Below, in pieces: positions 25,208 through 39,500 of a stretch of 64,000 nucleotides of DNA. Position 1 is the stretch's first letter, and the number at the start of each line of letters is the position of its first letter. A program made the position numbers and the translations under genes. The notes under the pieces were generated by a model, which was not told the DNA's origin, did not search any database, and was given only the letters and a program-made list of their open reading frames with translations. This DNA comes from Camelus ferus (Eukaryota). Where the stretch lies: the NCBI RefSeq assembly GCF_009834535.1, contig NC_045696.1, positions 72,170,001 through 72,234,000 of the forward strand, read 5' to 3'.

Positions 25208-26175
25208 CTGGATTTTAAAAAAGAATGCAGAATATTATATTTTATATTGTACATATCACACTATTAACATCTAAAATCTCATATTTATTGGGAATTCAGA
25301 GAACATCATACAAAATATGGATCATGGTCCAGAGTGAAAAAGTTCATAGTTTTTCACAAGCTCACTTGGTTGGCTATTATATGGGGTTAGTAAAATATCT
25401 AAATCTATTGCATCCCCACAAATACTGCTAGGATGGACTCAGTCACTCAGCTTTCTTAGCACACACAGTACTTAAGATCTTCCTCAATATTTGCCTTGAA
25501 GTAGAGTTACAGTTGCTCAAAATCTCATTTAACATTCTTTGCCCATCCTGAGAAATGCTGAAAAGTCAATTTTTACCCTGGGATCCAGAATAAACTCATC
25601 ACTTAGGGAGAGAACAAGAAATGGGACTAGAGAAAGGGTTTTCTCTACAAGTGATTTTGTTACAACTAGCAGACCCAGAGGGCTACAGCTTGTAAAATGA
25701 TGCTATAAATACAATCTAAATCATACAACTGATTTAGATTAGATTTAGATTTCAATATATTGCTGGAGAATTAAAGAAAATACTTGCAGTAATTATGTTT
25801 GGTTACTTGGGATGTGGGTCTAATGATTTATTAATGTTCCTTTACTCTGGATAGGCTAATTAAATTTGTTCTATTCCACAGACAAGGTGAATTCCTGATC
25901 CTGGCTAGTAATTTCACAAATTCATGCATTAATATCAATGTGGTTAGTATAAATTTCTTATTTTTCTGACCAAACCCAAGCTGATGTTGATTAAAAAAAA
26001 AAAAAATCAGAAGTTCTTTTTCTGTTCATGAAAGAAAGCAATATAAAAAAATTTCCTGAGTTTTAAAGTGATTACTTGACAAGTTTTTTTTTTCCTTTTG
26101 AAAGCCCAGGTTCTATAGAGAGAACGGTTCAAAGTTTATACAAAAAAAATTCAATGCCACATTGAAAGAGACTGC

Positions 26176-26236
26176 TGATCAGAAAAGAATATGATCAGAA
26201 AGAATGATCAGAAAAGAACACGATCAGAAAAGAATA
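26176..26236. repeat. Minisatellite, 4 copies of (T/C)GATCAGAAAAGAA(TA/CA)
   Basis: Units at 26176, 26192, 26205, 26221. Confidence 0.9.
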
Positions 26237-26871
26237 ACCTCTTCAAAAGAAAATGACAACTACTAATTTTGAATCTTGACTTTATACTCAAGTTTTGTAA
26301 GCTGTTCTCTTGATATCTTGATATTAGAAAAAAAAAGTACAATGTGAAAATTAAGAAACTGTCAAACAGCTTATATAAACACAGATTTAAGTTAAGAAAA
26401 TAACCTCGTGGATAAAAATCTACATAGTGATTCTTAAAAATTATAATTAAAAAATTGTTTTAATAAAAGTAAAATTTAAATTAAAAAAAAGAAAAGCTAA
26501 AGAAAAATTTACTTTGTACAAAGATGAGGCCAAAAACAAGTGCTGTATGTTAGAAGACAAATGTTTATTTTCTGAGGCAGAGCATCTAAAAGAATGATGT
26601 TATTTTCTTGGGTTTGATTATAATTGTCAGCACCACAGCACATCAGTGATAAAACAAAATACAATTAATCTTAAAATTCATAGGCTATTTTTTAGACATC
26701 TACATGTGGTTTAAATCATTGTACTCACTGAATACAATGAGTAAGCTCTGCAGAAAAAAATAAAAGGCCCCAAAGTCAAATGATTTAAAATACAATGCAA
26801 CTTTTCTCTGAAGATATATTCTTAGAAATCATATCTATAAACTTAAAAATTTATGAAGCGATAAAGCTTAC

Positions 26872-26961
26872 CTGAACCAAAAATATAATAAGAAAATAAA
26901 AGTTTGCCACTCTTCTGAATTGTTCAAATAAATTTTTTGGAACAAAATTCCACACAGTATA
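26872..26961 (-). CDS. ATP11B: ATP11B exon 3 ([32 protein letters not shown]1)
   Basis: 90 nt, AG/GTAAG boundaries; conserved P4-ATPase [16 protein letters not shown] motif. Confidence 0.97.
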
Positions 26962-27498
26962 CTAAAAAAAAATAAAGGAGAGGGGAGAGATGAATGAATT
27001 AATATTTCAAAATAATATATACTACATACATGTAATAAGAAAAGTAATATCAGATTAACTAAGCCCTTAGCTAAATTCATGTAACTCTTGATGCTATAAA
27101 ACTATCTGGTTTTTAGAGTTTCAGGACTTTTATTCAACTTTTTATCTTTCTTTTAGTATTTATTGGTAATTTTAGTATAATTTTTAAAAATGATATAAAC
27201 CAGAATCTATTAATTTTGCTATTAAGTCCTTAATTTTTTGTAAGTTGGAAATGGCAGATCTAAAATAATATTTTAATAATTTATTTTGGATTTTGTTTAC
27301 ACAAAACTAAATCTAATGTTAAAGATGAATAAGAGCTGATAGAAATGCTAACACTAGATTCAATTCAATTTATTTCACGTTTTATTTAGCTCAGTGTCAG
27401 AAACAGAGGAAATGGTATAATTATTCAATTATTTCTCATTAAGCATAGGCTGCAGAAAAATAACCTAAAATGTGAAAAAAGATTTAAAAATACTTTAG

Positions 27499-29354
27499 TT
27501 TGAGATTTTTGTTTCCTGAGGTAAGCTTGTATCACTATAAATTTCCCTCTTAGAACTGCTTTTGTTGTATTCCATAGGTTTTGGATCTTCATTTTCATTT
27601 GTTTCTAGGTATTTTTTTGAATTCCTCTTTGATTTCTACATGATTCACTGGTTGCTTAGTAGCATGCTGTTTAGCCCCCATGTATTTGTGTTTCATGTTG
27701 TTTTTTTCTTGTAGTTGCTTTCCAGTCTCATTGAGTTGTGGTCAGAAAAGATGCCTGATATGACTTCAATTTTCTTAAATTTCCTGAGGCTTGTTTTGTG
27801 GCCTAGCATTTGTCCTATCCTGGAGAATGTTCCATATGCACTTGAAAAGAACGTGTATTCTGCTGCTTTTGGATGAAATGATCTATACTCACGAATTAAG
27901 TACATCAGGTCTAATGTGTCATTTAAGGCCAGTGTTTCCTTATTGATTTTCTGTCTGGATGATCTGTTCATTGATGTAAGTCAGGTATTAAAGTCCCTAC
28001 TATTGTTGTGTTACTGTTGATTTCTCTCTTTATGTCCATTAATATTTGCCTTATATATTTAGGTGCTCCTATGTTGGGTGCATAATATATATTTATAATT
28101 GTTACATCTTCTTGGATTGACCCCTTAATCATCATGTAGTATGCTTCTTTGTCTTTTGTAACAGTCTTTATTTAAAAGTATATTTTGTCTGATACAAGTA
28201 CTGCTACTCTGGCTTTCTTCTGATTTCCACTGCATGGCATACCTTTTCCCATCCCCTCACTTTAAGTCTGTGTCTCTAAATCTGAAGTAAGTCTCTTGTA
28301 GGCAGCCTATATATAGGCCTTGTTTATGTATCCATTCAGCCACTCCATGTCTTTTAGTTGGGGCATGTAGTCCATTTACATTTAAAGTAATTATCAATAT
28401 GTATGTTCGTATTGCCATTTTCTTCAAATTGGATTTATTTCAGAAAAATCTTGAAACAACCTAATCTTACACCTAAAGGAACTAGAGAAAGAACACACAA
28501 AACCCCTGGTATAAGGAAAGAAATCATAAATACCAGAGCAAAAATAAATGAAGTAGAGACTAAATAAACAATAGAGAAGATCAATGAAACTAAAAGCTGG
28601 TTCTTTGGAAAGACAGACAAAGTTGGATAAACTTTTAGCCAAACCTTCAAGAAAAAAAGGCCCATATCAATAAAATCAGAACTGAAAAAGAAGTTACAAC
28701 TGACACCACAGAAATACAAAGGATCATTAACAGAAAACTACGAACAACTACATGCCAATAAAATGGACAACCTAAAAGAAATGGACAAATTCTTAGAAAG
28801 GTACAATCTCCCAAGACTGAACCAGGAAGAAATAGAAAATACGAACATAACAATTATCACTAATGAAATTAAATCAGTAATTTAAAAACTCCCCCAAAAC
28901 GAAAGTCCAAGGACCAGATAGCTTCACAGGTGAATTCTACCAAACACTGAATGAAGAGTTAATACCTATCCTTCTAAAACTATTCCAAAAAACTGCAGTG
29001 TAAGGAACTTGAGAACTACTTCTATGAGGGCAGCATCACCCTGATCTCATACCTGGCTATCACCAAAAAGAACACAAATAACAAATGTTGGTGAGGATGT
29101 GGAGAAAAGGGAATCCTCCCATACTGCTGGTGGAATGTAAATTCGTGCAGCCACTGTGGAAAACAATACAGAAGTTTCTCAAAAAAACTAAAAATAAAGC
29201 TACCCTATGACCCAGCAATTTGACTCCTGGATATATATACAAAACAGTAACAAAAACAAAACCCCCCACTAATTTGAAAAGATACATTTTGCCAAGGTAG
29301 GAAAACAACCTAAGTGTCCATCAACAGATGACTGGATAAAAAGATGTGAGATAA

Positions 29355-29404
<50 letters not shown>

Positions 29405-30045
29405 TGGAGTATTACTCAGCCATAAAAATAATGAAATTTTGCCATTTGCAGCAACATGGATGGACTTGGAGGGCCTTATGCTAAGTGAAATAAGTCAGAG
29501 AGAGAAAGACAAACAATATATGATATCACTGTGGGATCTAAAAAATACAACTAGTGAATTTAACAAAAAGAAGCAGACTCACAGATATAGAGAACAAACT
29601 AGTGGTTACCAGTGAGGAGAGGGAAGGAGGGCAGGGAAACATAAGAGTAGGAGGGAAATAAAGGGTTATTAAACAAGGACCTACTGTATAGCACAAGAAC
29701 TATATTCAATATCTTGTAATAACCTATAATGGAAAAGAGTCTGAAAAAGAATATATACACACATATATATGTGTGTATATAATTGACTCACTTTGCTGTA
29801 CACCTGAAACACTGTAAATCAACTATAAATCATCATAAAAAATCAACTATAATGGAAAAGAGATTGAGAAAGAATATACACACACACATATATATGTTTA
29901 GTATATAACTGACTCACTTTGCTGTACACCTGAAACACTATAAATCAACTAAAAAAGGAGTTATTATGGGATTATATGAAATCATCTGTGTGAAACTTTT
30001 GAAAATTATAAAGCACTACAGAAGTTAAAGACTCTTTCATTCATT
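27499..30045 (+). mobile_element. 5'-inverted (twin-primed), internally deleted LINE-1 in intron 2
   Basis: 27499-28422 is ORF2 endonuclease sequence on minus strand, 28441 onward continues ORF2 on plus; near-perfect TSD AAAAATACTTTAG (27486-27498) / AAAAAGCCTTTAG (30046-30058). Confidence 0.88.
29357..29403. repeat. (CA)n microsatellite inside the L1 3' region
   Basis: Long CA run with one interruption. Confidence 0.95.
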
Positions 30046-32264
30046 AAAAAGCCTTTAGATAAGTGATCACTGGTATAACCACCAAGAAAATCTCATAAAG
30101 GACACAAAAATCTGTCACAATGTCAATTTTCAAAGTAAGACATTAGAATATCATGCTCACAAACAAAGATGGTAAGGGGTTAAACTGCTTTGCTCTAAAT
30201 CCTTAATCCAAGGTCACTGAATGTCCTTGGACCTAATCTTTCTGTACCCCACTCTGTGCCTCTACAAAATGAGGACAATAATAATTACACTGTATAGGAT
30301 TATTAAATATGCTAATATACTTATGAAGAACTTGGGGCAGAATCTGGCTTATGCTAATTGCTATACACATATCTGTTATATTATTAATCAGTTTATAAGC
30401 CTGTAATGCTATATTACGTGGGCAAGGTAATTCAGTACAAATTTTACTTGTGCCTTTCACTACTCACAACACAACTTTATGAAACAGGGAAACTTTATAG
30501 CACTGTTACATTCTACTGGGAGAATGTAAATGGGGTAAAGTAAGATCCCTGAGGCTAGGGACATTGCTTTATTTGCTGCTCTACCTCTAGTACTTACACT
30601 AGTACTTGGCACACAGGAATCAAAACTGTAGCAGGATAGATAGATAAATTAATAAATACGATTGGAAATAAATTTTTTTTCAGATAACTCTTCTCATGTC
30701 AGGCAATGAATGCAGCCTTACTGGTTATTGACCAATTCAAGATTTTTAAAGAGATAGTTTACTTAGTTTTACCTGGTGCAACATAAGATGGTTCTAATTT
30801 TATGTCAGAAATTTGTTTCTTAATTAGTTATTTGATACATGAAACATCCTTTTCCATATGAATAATTTTATAAATAGGGTTAGGTTCCAGAAGAGCCCAC
30901 AAAAGCCTATCTGTCCTAAGGGTATAAAAAGAGTAGAGTACAGAATCTAAGATCCTGCCTTTCTTAGGTGAAACAACATTTTCATTTCTAACCTGGCATT
31001 CCTGAAACATAACTCCCTGTGGTGGTCACAGCACCAGTGCTCTAGAATCTGGGGTTGGGAACTATGTTCAGGGCTCTATAGAGAAGAGAAGTAGACACTT
31101 CTTAGAACCAAAACAAGTCACTGCTCAATATGCACATATTAGATGTTAATTCTGGGTCAAATCATTACTAGCTGATCTTAACTACAGTAAAAAGACAGTT
31201 GTCCCTACAGGGGTCATAGTATTTCCATGCAACTTCCTCAGTCACCAGATCAAATGGGTAAAACTTCATAAGAATTAAGTTGGCTATGTTCAGTGTTTAC
31301 ATCAATCTATTTAAATTACAATAGTGACAATATATTTCGTCTTCCAGAATCTTGAAAAGAGCAACTGTATAAACTGACAAAATGGCAACTGGTTTCAGGA
31401 TTTCTTTGGCTAGCTCAAAAATACAATGGAAAAACTCAGATGGTACATAACAATTTCTCATGAAAGTTAGTTTACAAATGTTACGAATTGTTGTTTTCAG
31501 GTTTTCTGAAATATAAACAAATTAACAGATTGAATGAGTCCAAATTCTGTGCTTATCCTGCCAGAGAGGTGGCATTCAAGTAAATATTAAAACACATGAA
31601 AATACTTCTAAGAAAAATAGTAAATGATTGTTTTAAAATGCTTTTAATTATGTAACAATGGCCAAGAAAAATGAATTCAAAGTTTACCTTCTGCAGATCA
31701 GTTGCTAGTGCTAGAGGTGAGGAAGAGGGGGACTGGCTACTAGCTTTCTGGAGTGACAAATATATTCAATATCTTGATTGTGGTAGCGGTTACATGATGT
31801 TATACATTTGTGAAAACTTATCAAATTATATACTTAAAACTAGTGAATTTTATTGTATATACATATACCAAAGTTTAAAATAAAACACTTAAAATTCTTA
31901 TGGACATTTCTTGCATCATTTACTAAGAACTGTGTTATCAATCTAGAACTCTCTATTACCCTAGATTTTGGTATTTCCCCTTCCTGCCTTCTACTTGAGA
32001 ACCACTGTCCAAAATGAGATGTCACTAATAGGTGTGTTGCAAAAATAAATAACGTGAAAGTTGTAAAAAAGGAACAGGACAAAGGAACCACTGGCCTACG
32101 ACAGTATCTTTCAGAAAAATGAGATCAGGATTAGACAGAAAATTTTAGTTGCCCTGGAAGGGAGGGAAAGAGCAAGACAAAGATGCTTCTTAAGATGGCC
32201 TATTATGCAACAGGTATGCTCAAAGGAGAACTTGACCCTCAGTCTCTGACTCACATTCTCTATA

Positions 32265-32480
32265 ATTGACCTTTCCAATACAGTAGCCACTAGTTGCATG
32301 TAGCTATTAACACTTAATTTTACGTATATTAAAATTAAATTAAAAATTAAGTTCCTCAATTACATTACCACATTTCAAGACAAATAGCCCCATGTGGCTA
32401 ATGACTATCATATTAGCATCGATAATAGCACGGATAACATTTCAATCATGAGGGAAGAGTCTATAAGATAGCATTACTCT
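32265..32480. mobile_element. hAT-Charlie MITE (MER3/MER33-like)
   Basis: TCCAATACAGTAGCCACTAG..CATGTAGCTATT and CATGTGGCTAATGACTA internal inverted motifs. Confidence 0.65.
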
Positions 32481-33060
32481 ATAATATTCAGTTTCAAGTT
32501 AAACTTTAAACACCTTAAAAATGTCATGGGAAAAAAAATGAAACAAGGAAGAATATATAAGAGTGAAGCAGTACTTTTGTACTATAAAATGTTTACACAA
32601 GAGTCATAAAATTGGAGGAAGTCAGGCTTTAAAGTCACACAGAATTGAGTTTAAATTCTTATCTCATCCCTAGGGTAAATTATTTTCCAGCACTTTAACT
32701 GAAGAAACGGATATAAAATGAGTATAACAACAATTTTGTGAAAGCTATCTTAAAGTTGTTGTAAGGGTTAAATAATATGGAAAGCACCAAATACAGTGCC
32801 TAGCACATGATATAAATATTAGTTCCTTGGTTTAATTGCAACTAAGGATAATTTTTGGCATGTTGGCTACCTGATATTAGCAACTAGCAACTCCTTTTAG
32901 TTTACAGTTCATAATTTTGGTTAAGATAAATCTACCAATCACCATTTCCTGGAATTTTTAAGGATATAAATGTATACTAGAATACATAAACAAATCACTT
33001 TTTTTTTGAAACAAAACAGTACACAACCACAGTTTTAATTATGAAAGTGTTAATTCTTAC

Positions 33061-33177
33061 CTTAGATGAAATGATCCGGTTATCTATAAATTTCTGAGGT
33101 GTGTAAAGGCCATTTTGAGGAAACCTATTGGCTATATAAATAGTTCTTGTGTCACTCTGATGAGGTGGGTCAAAACC
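33061..33177 (-). CDS. ATP11B: ATP11B exon 2 (GFDPPHQSDTRTIYIANRFPQNGLYTPQKFIDNRIISSK)
   Basis: 117 nt, TAG acceptor and GTAAG donor; translated by hand; P4-ATPase N-terminal DNRI..SK motif. Confidence 0.96.
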
Positions 33178-36100
33178 CTAAGGTCAAGCAAAAGAAAAAT
33201 AATGGTCAACAAGGTTAGCTGCTATGATTTCTTTACTAATGGTTCTATTTAATTGATCGTATTATATGTACCATTACTGACCCTAAACTGCATATAGGCT
33301 CAATCTATTTAATTATTAGGAGAGTTGAGTCATATTTTTTTTTCACAAGTAAACAAGTAAACACTATCTTCAGGTATAAACTAACCAGGTAATAACATCT
33401 GGTAATGAAAAACAGTCCATATTCTGTCAGAATATTTTCACAAGAAAAGAATAATCATATAGAAGACCTACAGAAGCATTTGAAGACAAGGCTTCTTTCC
33501 TTCCCTTTCATTCCTGGGGTTCTTTGTTTTTTTTCTTAGGATAGATTCCTATTCAGTGATGTGGAAGTCCTGTGTAGCAAAGGCCTAGTCAGGACCTACC
33601 ACATGAGATGAAAGGTTTACACTTCATTTCTTTTACACCCAAATCAACTCGGTTTCAAAGAGGTTTGTTCCCAAAGGACTTAACAAGGCATTGGATAACC
33701 CAGATTCATTCCACACAAGCACTTCTCTGTGCTGGTTACATTATCAATCAACTTCCTAAAATATGGACATATGTAATAATTCTAGCCTCAAATTTAGAAG
33801 ACCATTTATTAAGGTATGTTTAGTAACGATCTCTAGTGGAAAATTTTTCCCTGGTGACAAGAATACTGATAATTTATTCCTACAGTATTATATTCTTTTC
33901 CAGGGTGGCAAGTGAAACTTCTAGACTCCTTTGGTAGATCCTGGGGACCCTCTGACAGGCTGAAAGCAATCACCAAATACAAGACTTCTTCTAACAGACA
34001 ATGAATCAAATTTTCTTAGATTTTTATGTTTTTCATGGTGGTCAAGGGCTATCTACTAGCACTACTAAGTTATTAAGAGATTGATTAAACTTGGTATTCA
34101 TAAACTACAGTGATCCATTTTTATATATTAAGGACTCTAAGTTAGCAATCTACTAAGAAAGTACTGCAACTGCCTCTTCCAATGCTTAGCATCCCTGTAA
34201 AATTTCTATCAAGCACAGACATAAACAGATAGTGGAAATTTCCATATAACCTAGAGGGTTATTTTATTTAGCACATCAGGATATTAGCAATGCTATGCAT
34301 GGTTTTCAACTGCTTTTATTTGTGATTTTAAAAAATTTATTTTGTGATCTTAGAAACAGCTGGTATAGGGGTGTGCAAATTAAATGAATTTGTATGCTCC
34401 ATTAAAAAAGTGAAGTTTTATTTTATTTGTTTATGCTACTTACAGTGATGGTCACATTTTATGGATAAGAATGTGCCATGATATGTCTAATTTCAAAATT
34501 AGTTTCTTCAAGGATTAAATGTGGCATGCATGCTTATCTTCCTCATAAATTTTCTTTTAAACATTTCACAATTGTGCCCTGTAACAACTCATGGGGGGAA
34601 AAGAGCAGGTTTCAAAATCAGAGCTGGAACTCATTGCTCTATCTGGAATATCATAATCATTTTAAAGATATATTCCATTTATTCAATCAATAAATATTTA
34701 TTGGGTTTAAGTACTACAGGAAGCCATGAAGGATTATGTGATTTGTTATATATGAAAGCAAACCATAACACGCTCCAACTCAATAAATAAATAAATGTAC
34801 AAACAGAGTTTGAATGCTACTGTAGTCTATGGCTGTATTTCTCAAAGAGGATCTGCAGGAAGTTTGCCTGTAGAGTTCATAAAACTGAGAGGGACGTGAA
34901 GGTAACTGAAGCAGTAGACTGCATGCAACATATTTATTCTGCATTCACTTTGAAACCATCTTAACATAACACTAAGTTGTACCTGATACCTGTAAATTTC
35001 TGGGATAAATTAAAGAAAAAAGAAAGTAAATTTGAGTTTGAAAGAATACATAAGTCTTTAAGACGTCAAGACAACTGAGACTGAGAATCAGTGATACAAA
35101 GACCCTCCCCCAAATATATTATGATACATATATACTATATCCTCTCATTCATGACTAGAATATGCTACACAGAAATGCATGCACTTTCCAGGAAGCAAAT
35201 GCTCATCATTCTCCATTCATCTCTACTGTATGAACCAGCTATCACATACTAAAGTTTTGGGACTCCTGAGATTTCTACAATTATTTCAAGGAGATATTCT
35301 GAAATGTTCCAAAAAATGAAATCAGTTTTAAATTAAACTGAATTTTAAATTCAGTATCACCATATTCCAAGAAATCATGATTTAAAATATGATAATTCTG
35401 AAAGAATAATGATAATCCATTTTTCCTTATTCCCAAAGATGTTACAACATCCAGTTTAAGCATTTTGAGTTGTTTTTCCAGTGATTAATTCAAATGATCT
35501 TAACCAATCATAATCAATGGCATCCATATACATACAGCTGTGTGTCACTTTTTTTCACACAGAAAATGGTTAAATTTTCTATTTGTGACTGTAGTATAAG
35601 TACAGCTAAGTGTCCCTTATGGAAATTAAACCTGAAACTTCAATTCATTATCTTCTGCGCAACAATTCATTGTCTTCTGTGCAACAAATTCAAGCCCCGA
35701 ATTAAATAAAAATAAAACTGTCCAAAAAATGAAAAGAAGTGACTTAGAGCAGGACTTCAGGACTGTGAATATCTGAAATTGTATGCAAATTTGGATATAC
35801 TTGCATTTTCCTAATGACAGTGAGCATAGCTTTCATCAGATTTTCATGACGAAAAGAAAGTTAAAACCCCTTATTTCAAGTCTCACTTTTATAATCAGTT
35901 TCCTATCTCAATATTCCATATTTTAAAAATGACAGAGAATCTGTTTCAACAGCACCTCTACTTTCTTTAACAGGAATCAAAACAAGATCTGTTATCAAAA
36001 TTAATTTTATAACTATACCGTCAGTGTGAAGTTCAACTAGTTTCACACGATTTCTAGCAAGCATTCTCAGCAATTCTATGGCACTGTCAAATCTGAACTT

Positions 36101-36314
36101 CCTAATCACTAGGCCAGGGTTCAGAAACCTGTGGCATGTATTACACCTTCTGTTGTCATCCTAGACTACCCATTCACACTCTGAACTCCTTGATGGCTTG
36201 CCTGCTCCTTTCTTCTCTGATTTCATATTGTCCTGGGCAAAGGAACTGAGACAGATTAAAGCCATTTTAGCCACCCTGATTTTAATTTAATCCCTGCTAA
36301 TAATAAGTACAGTA

Positions 36315-36517
36315 CAGCTGACCCGTGAGCAACTTGGGGGTTAGGGGAGCCCACCCTCCACACAGTTGAAAACCCAAGTATAATTTTAGAGCTGGTTACT
36401 GCATCCTTGGATTCAGTCAACTGACAATCATGCAGTACTGCAGTATTTACCACTGAAAAAAATTCAAATATACAGGGACCTTCACAGTTCAAACCTGTGT
36501 TTTTCAAGGGTCAACTA
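36315..36517. mobile_element. Tc1/mariner (Tigger-derived) MITE, MER8-like
   Basis: Terminal inverted repeats CAGCTGACCCGTGA ... TCAAGGGTCAACTA flanked by TA dinucleotides. Confidence 0.8.
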
Positions 36518-39500
36518 TATAGGCTTTTGGAAGCACACAAACTTAAACTATTTAAAAATAAAAACTCTCATACCCTAAAAAAGTTATGAAATTAAAAACC
36601 TTTTTTTCTTCCATCTGAATTTGTTAACACATGTAAAAACCACTGGTATTAAAAAAAAAAGTGGACGAGTATTTAAGGTGGAAAAAAATCTCATGGTGGC
36701 ATTTAGGGGAAGAACTGACAACACATGGGACTGATCTGAAAGAGACTCCTTTTGTAGCAGCAAACTGATGAAGCCTAGGGAAACCAAATTAGAAAAAAGC
36801 TTTCTAATTTTTAGAAGTTGGTCTTTGGCAAAAAGCAGTATTTGGAAATGAATCATAACATTTTATATTTTCATACTAAATATACCAGCTTCTGTACTAT
36901 TCTAAAAATCCCAAAGATTTTATGAAAACAACAAGCATTATAAATAACAGCTAAGAAGAAACTAAAACCATAGTCCTGTAATTAGTGTTACACTTCTTTA
37001 AAATAACTAAGAAAACATTATCTTTAGAGTTCATGGTGATGAAAGTAAATTTGTGTATTTAATCATTCTTATATGTAATCTATTTCCTGCATAATAGAAA
37101 AGCTACAAAATAAATGAAAAAATGCAAAAACAACAGGAAAAAGAAGCTTCAGAGTCAAAACTGCAATAGCACTATTATTAAAATAAATGAAGAGAGGTTT
37201 ATTTAGGTCATACGTTTTATATAACAAAAAGTGAGTTTTGTTGGCTACATGTTCCAATGTACACAGGCACATGAAAAATGGCCTAGGAAAAATACGTTTC
37301 TGGGGAAGAATGATTTAATGTATTTTACGAAATCTACAAACTTAATTGTGAACTACTGTTTTCTGGACATAAACTTTAAATAAAATATACTTACATGAAG
37401 GTATTATAAGGGCAAGATAATTTTACACTGTTAGCAGACCAAAGCAAGGTGATAGGGAATAACTTAAAATGCCCATGATGTAAACACAATAATTTAATTT
37501 TAGCCTTTTGTGTCATGTTACATAATTTTCATTTTAGGATTTAAGGTAGTTTTTGCCATCTATCAGAGCAGTCTGGGCTTCCAAGAACTTTGCCTTAATG
37601 CAAAGGTGGCTTGGGACTTTCCACAGTCTAGACATCCTTTCATCTCACCACAATTATAAACATTTTCAATGTTTCCCAAAATCCATAACACTCTTGCTCT
37701 TATATAGAAATGAAAGTAAATGCTATTCTTGTTACCAGATAGGTACAATGTAATACCAAGCATTTATGTTTAGAAAAATCAACCAAAATAATACTGTCAC
37801 TGAAATAATGTTTCTGAATGACCATATACTTTGCTCTAGAGGCTTTTTTACTCACCAGTTTTCTGATTGGTTGCTTAATTGTGTTTCCCTATTCTTACTA
37901 TATAGTACATAGAGATCTATATATAATTTCTCTACTACAGCTAAGAGATTACTCGCCTTAAAGTCAGAACTCCTTTTGGGGAAAGAGCCTAAGGGAAGGA
38001 TCAAACAATGATTTGGGAGGGTGGTGTCTAGTGGTATTTATGAGATGAGTGGATGGCTAGGGCAGAGATTATCAGATATTCTTCAATCAACTGTAGAGTC
38101 CTGCCAACAAAGAAATGTCCTGTGAACCAGATAACTTTCAAATGCCCTGCCTGATACTCACACTGGTAAAAATCTCTTCAGAAAAATGTGAACTTCCTAT
38201 TTAAAAACAAACACAAAATGTTTTATATAGATTTACGAGTGTTTCAGGAATGGAACTATCATGTAAAATGAAGATAATAATTTGTCAGAACTTTATAAAG
38301 TATTTACTGTTTCAGAAAATTACATCACCAATGGAAATGTCACTTGTACCTGAATCACCAATATACTACACTTCCAGTAGCCTGCATTTAGTAGCCATGC
38401 ATTCACACTGATTACAGCATCTGAATACTCATTATCTCTAGCGCAGCTACAATTGAGCATTTCCATATGGAAGTAGATATTATTTAATATATTTATTTAT
38501 TTTTATTCATATGAAAACTAGGGTTTTAATGTTAATTTTTAAAAGAATCAAGTTATATATGTGGCAGGTTATATGTTTAAATTTTATTTCAGGATAAGAA
38601 TGGAAAGAGCATTTTTGAAATATGTTAGAAATAGAGGGCAGTGGGCCCAACAGGGCTGAAAAGTAACCATGTACTTGGATGGCCAAAATCTAAGTAATAT
38701 TACAAGTAATCACTATCTTGGGTCTACAATAGACTTTCTCAAGTTGGAAGCTGCTGCTTATACCATAAGCAGAATACCAGTATTCAAACCAGGAAACTAC
38801 AACAAATATTTCCAAGTAGAGATTTAAACAGGCTTATGTGTTAGGTAAAAAATTCTAAACAGTAACAACATAAAAATATATTGAAGTCAGAAAACAGACA
38901 TAATGAGTGAAACCTATTTAATAAGTTAGATAAGAACTAAAACAAAAGGTAGAAAAAAGTAAGGTGGAAGGAAGATACACAATTATCTTATTAATTTTAT
39001 ATTCTGGGAACCTGAGACATGCTTCAGAAGAAAGTAAAACATGTTAAAAAAGGTTAAAAAAAGAAAAGAACTCAGCAGATCTTAAACGATTGCTATGAAA
39101 ATTTGAAAACTGAACTTTAAACACAGAAATGATTATTTAGCAACACTGGGTCAAACCCACATAATTCTGAAAATGTATTATAAAAAAACACAAAGGAATA
39201 TTTTAGCTTATTATCAGTTCTTTCAATAAGCAATTCATTTACCCTGTGTAATGACTATTAAAATTGTACCACTGACTGAAAATTCTTGCTTTCTGGTATC
39301 TTCCTAAATGTAATAAAAAAAATTTATTTCAGCAAACAATCAAAGAGTATTTACTGAGAACTTACTAAGGGCTTCTCTGTGTGCTAAGGACCAGTGATGA
39401 TAAAAAGGAATATGTGACTTAGTCCCTAACCACATTGGAGTTGATTTAGGTCTTATTTACCTTAGATATCATTTAATTTCCTATTTCCTCTCATATATTT

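Noticed and set aside
26176..26236. Repeat array as CRISPR-like
   Set aside because: Units are directly adjacent with no unique spacers; ordinary minisatellite
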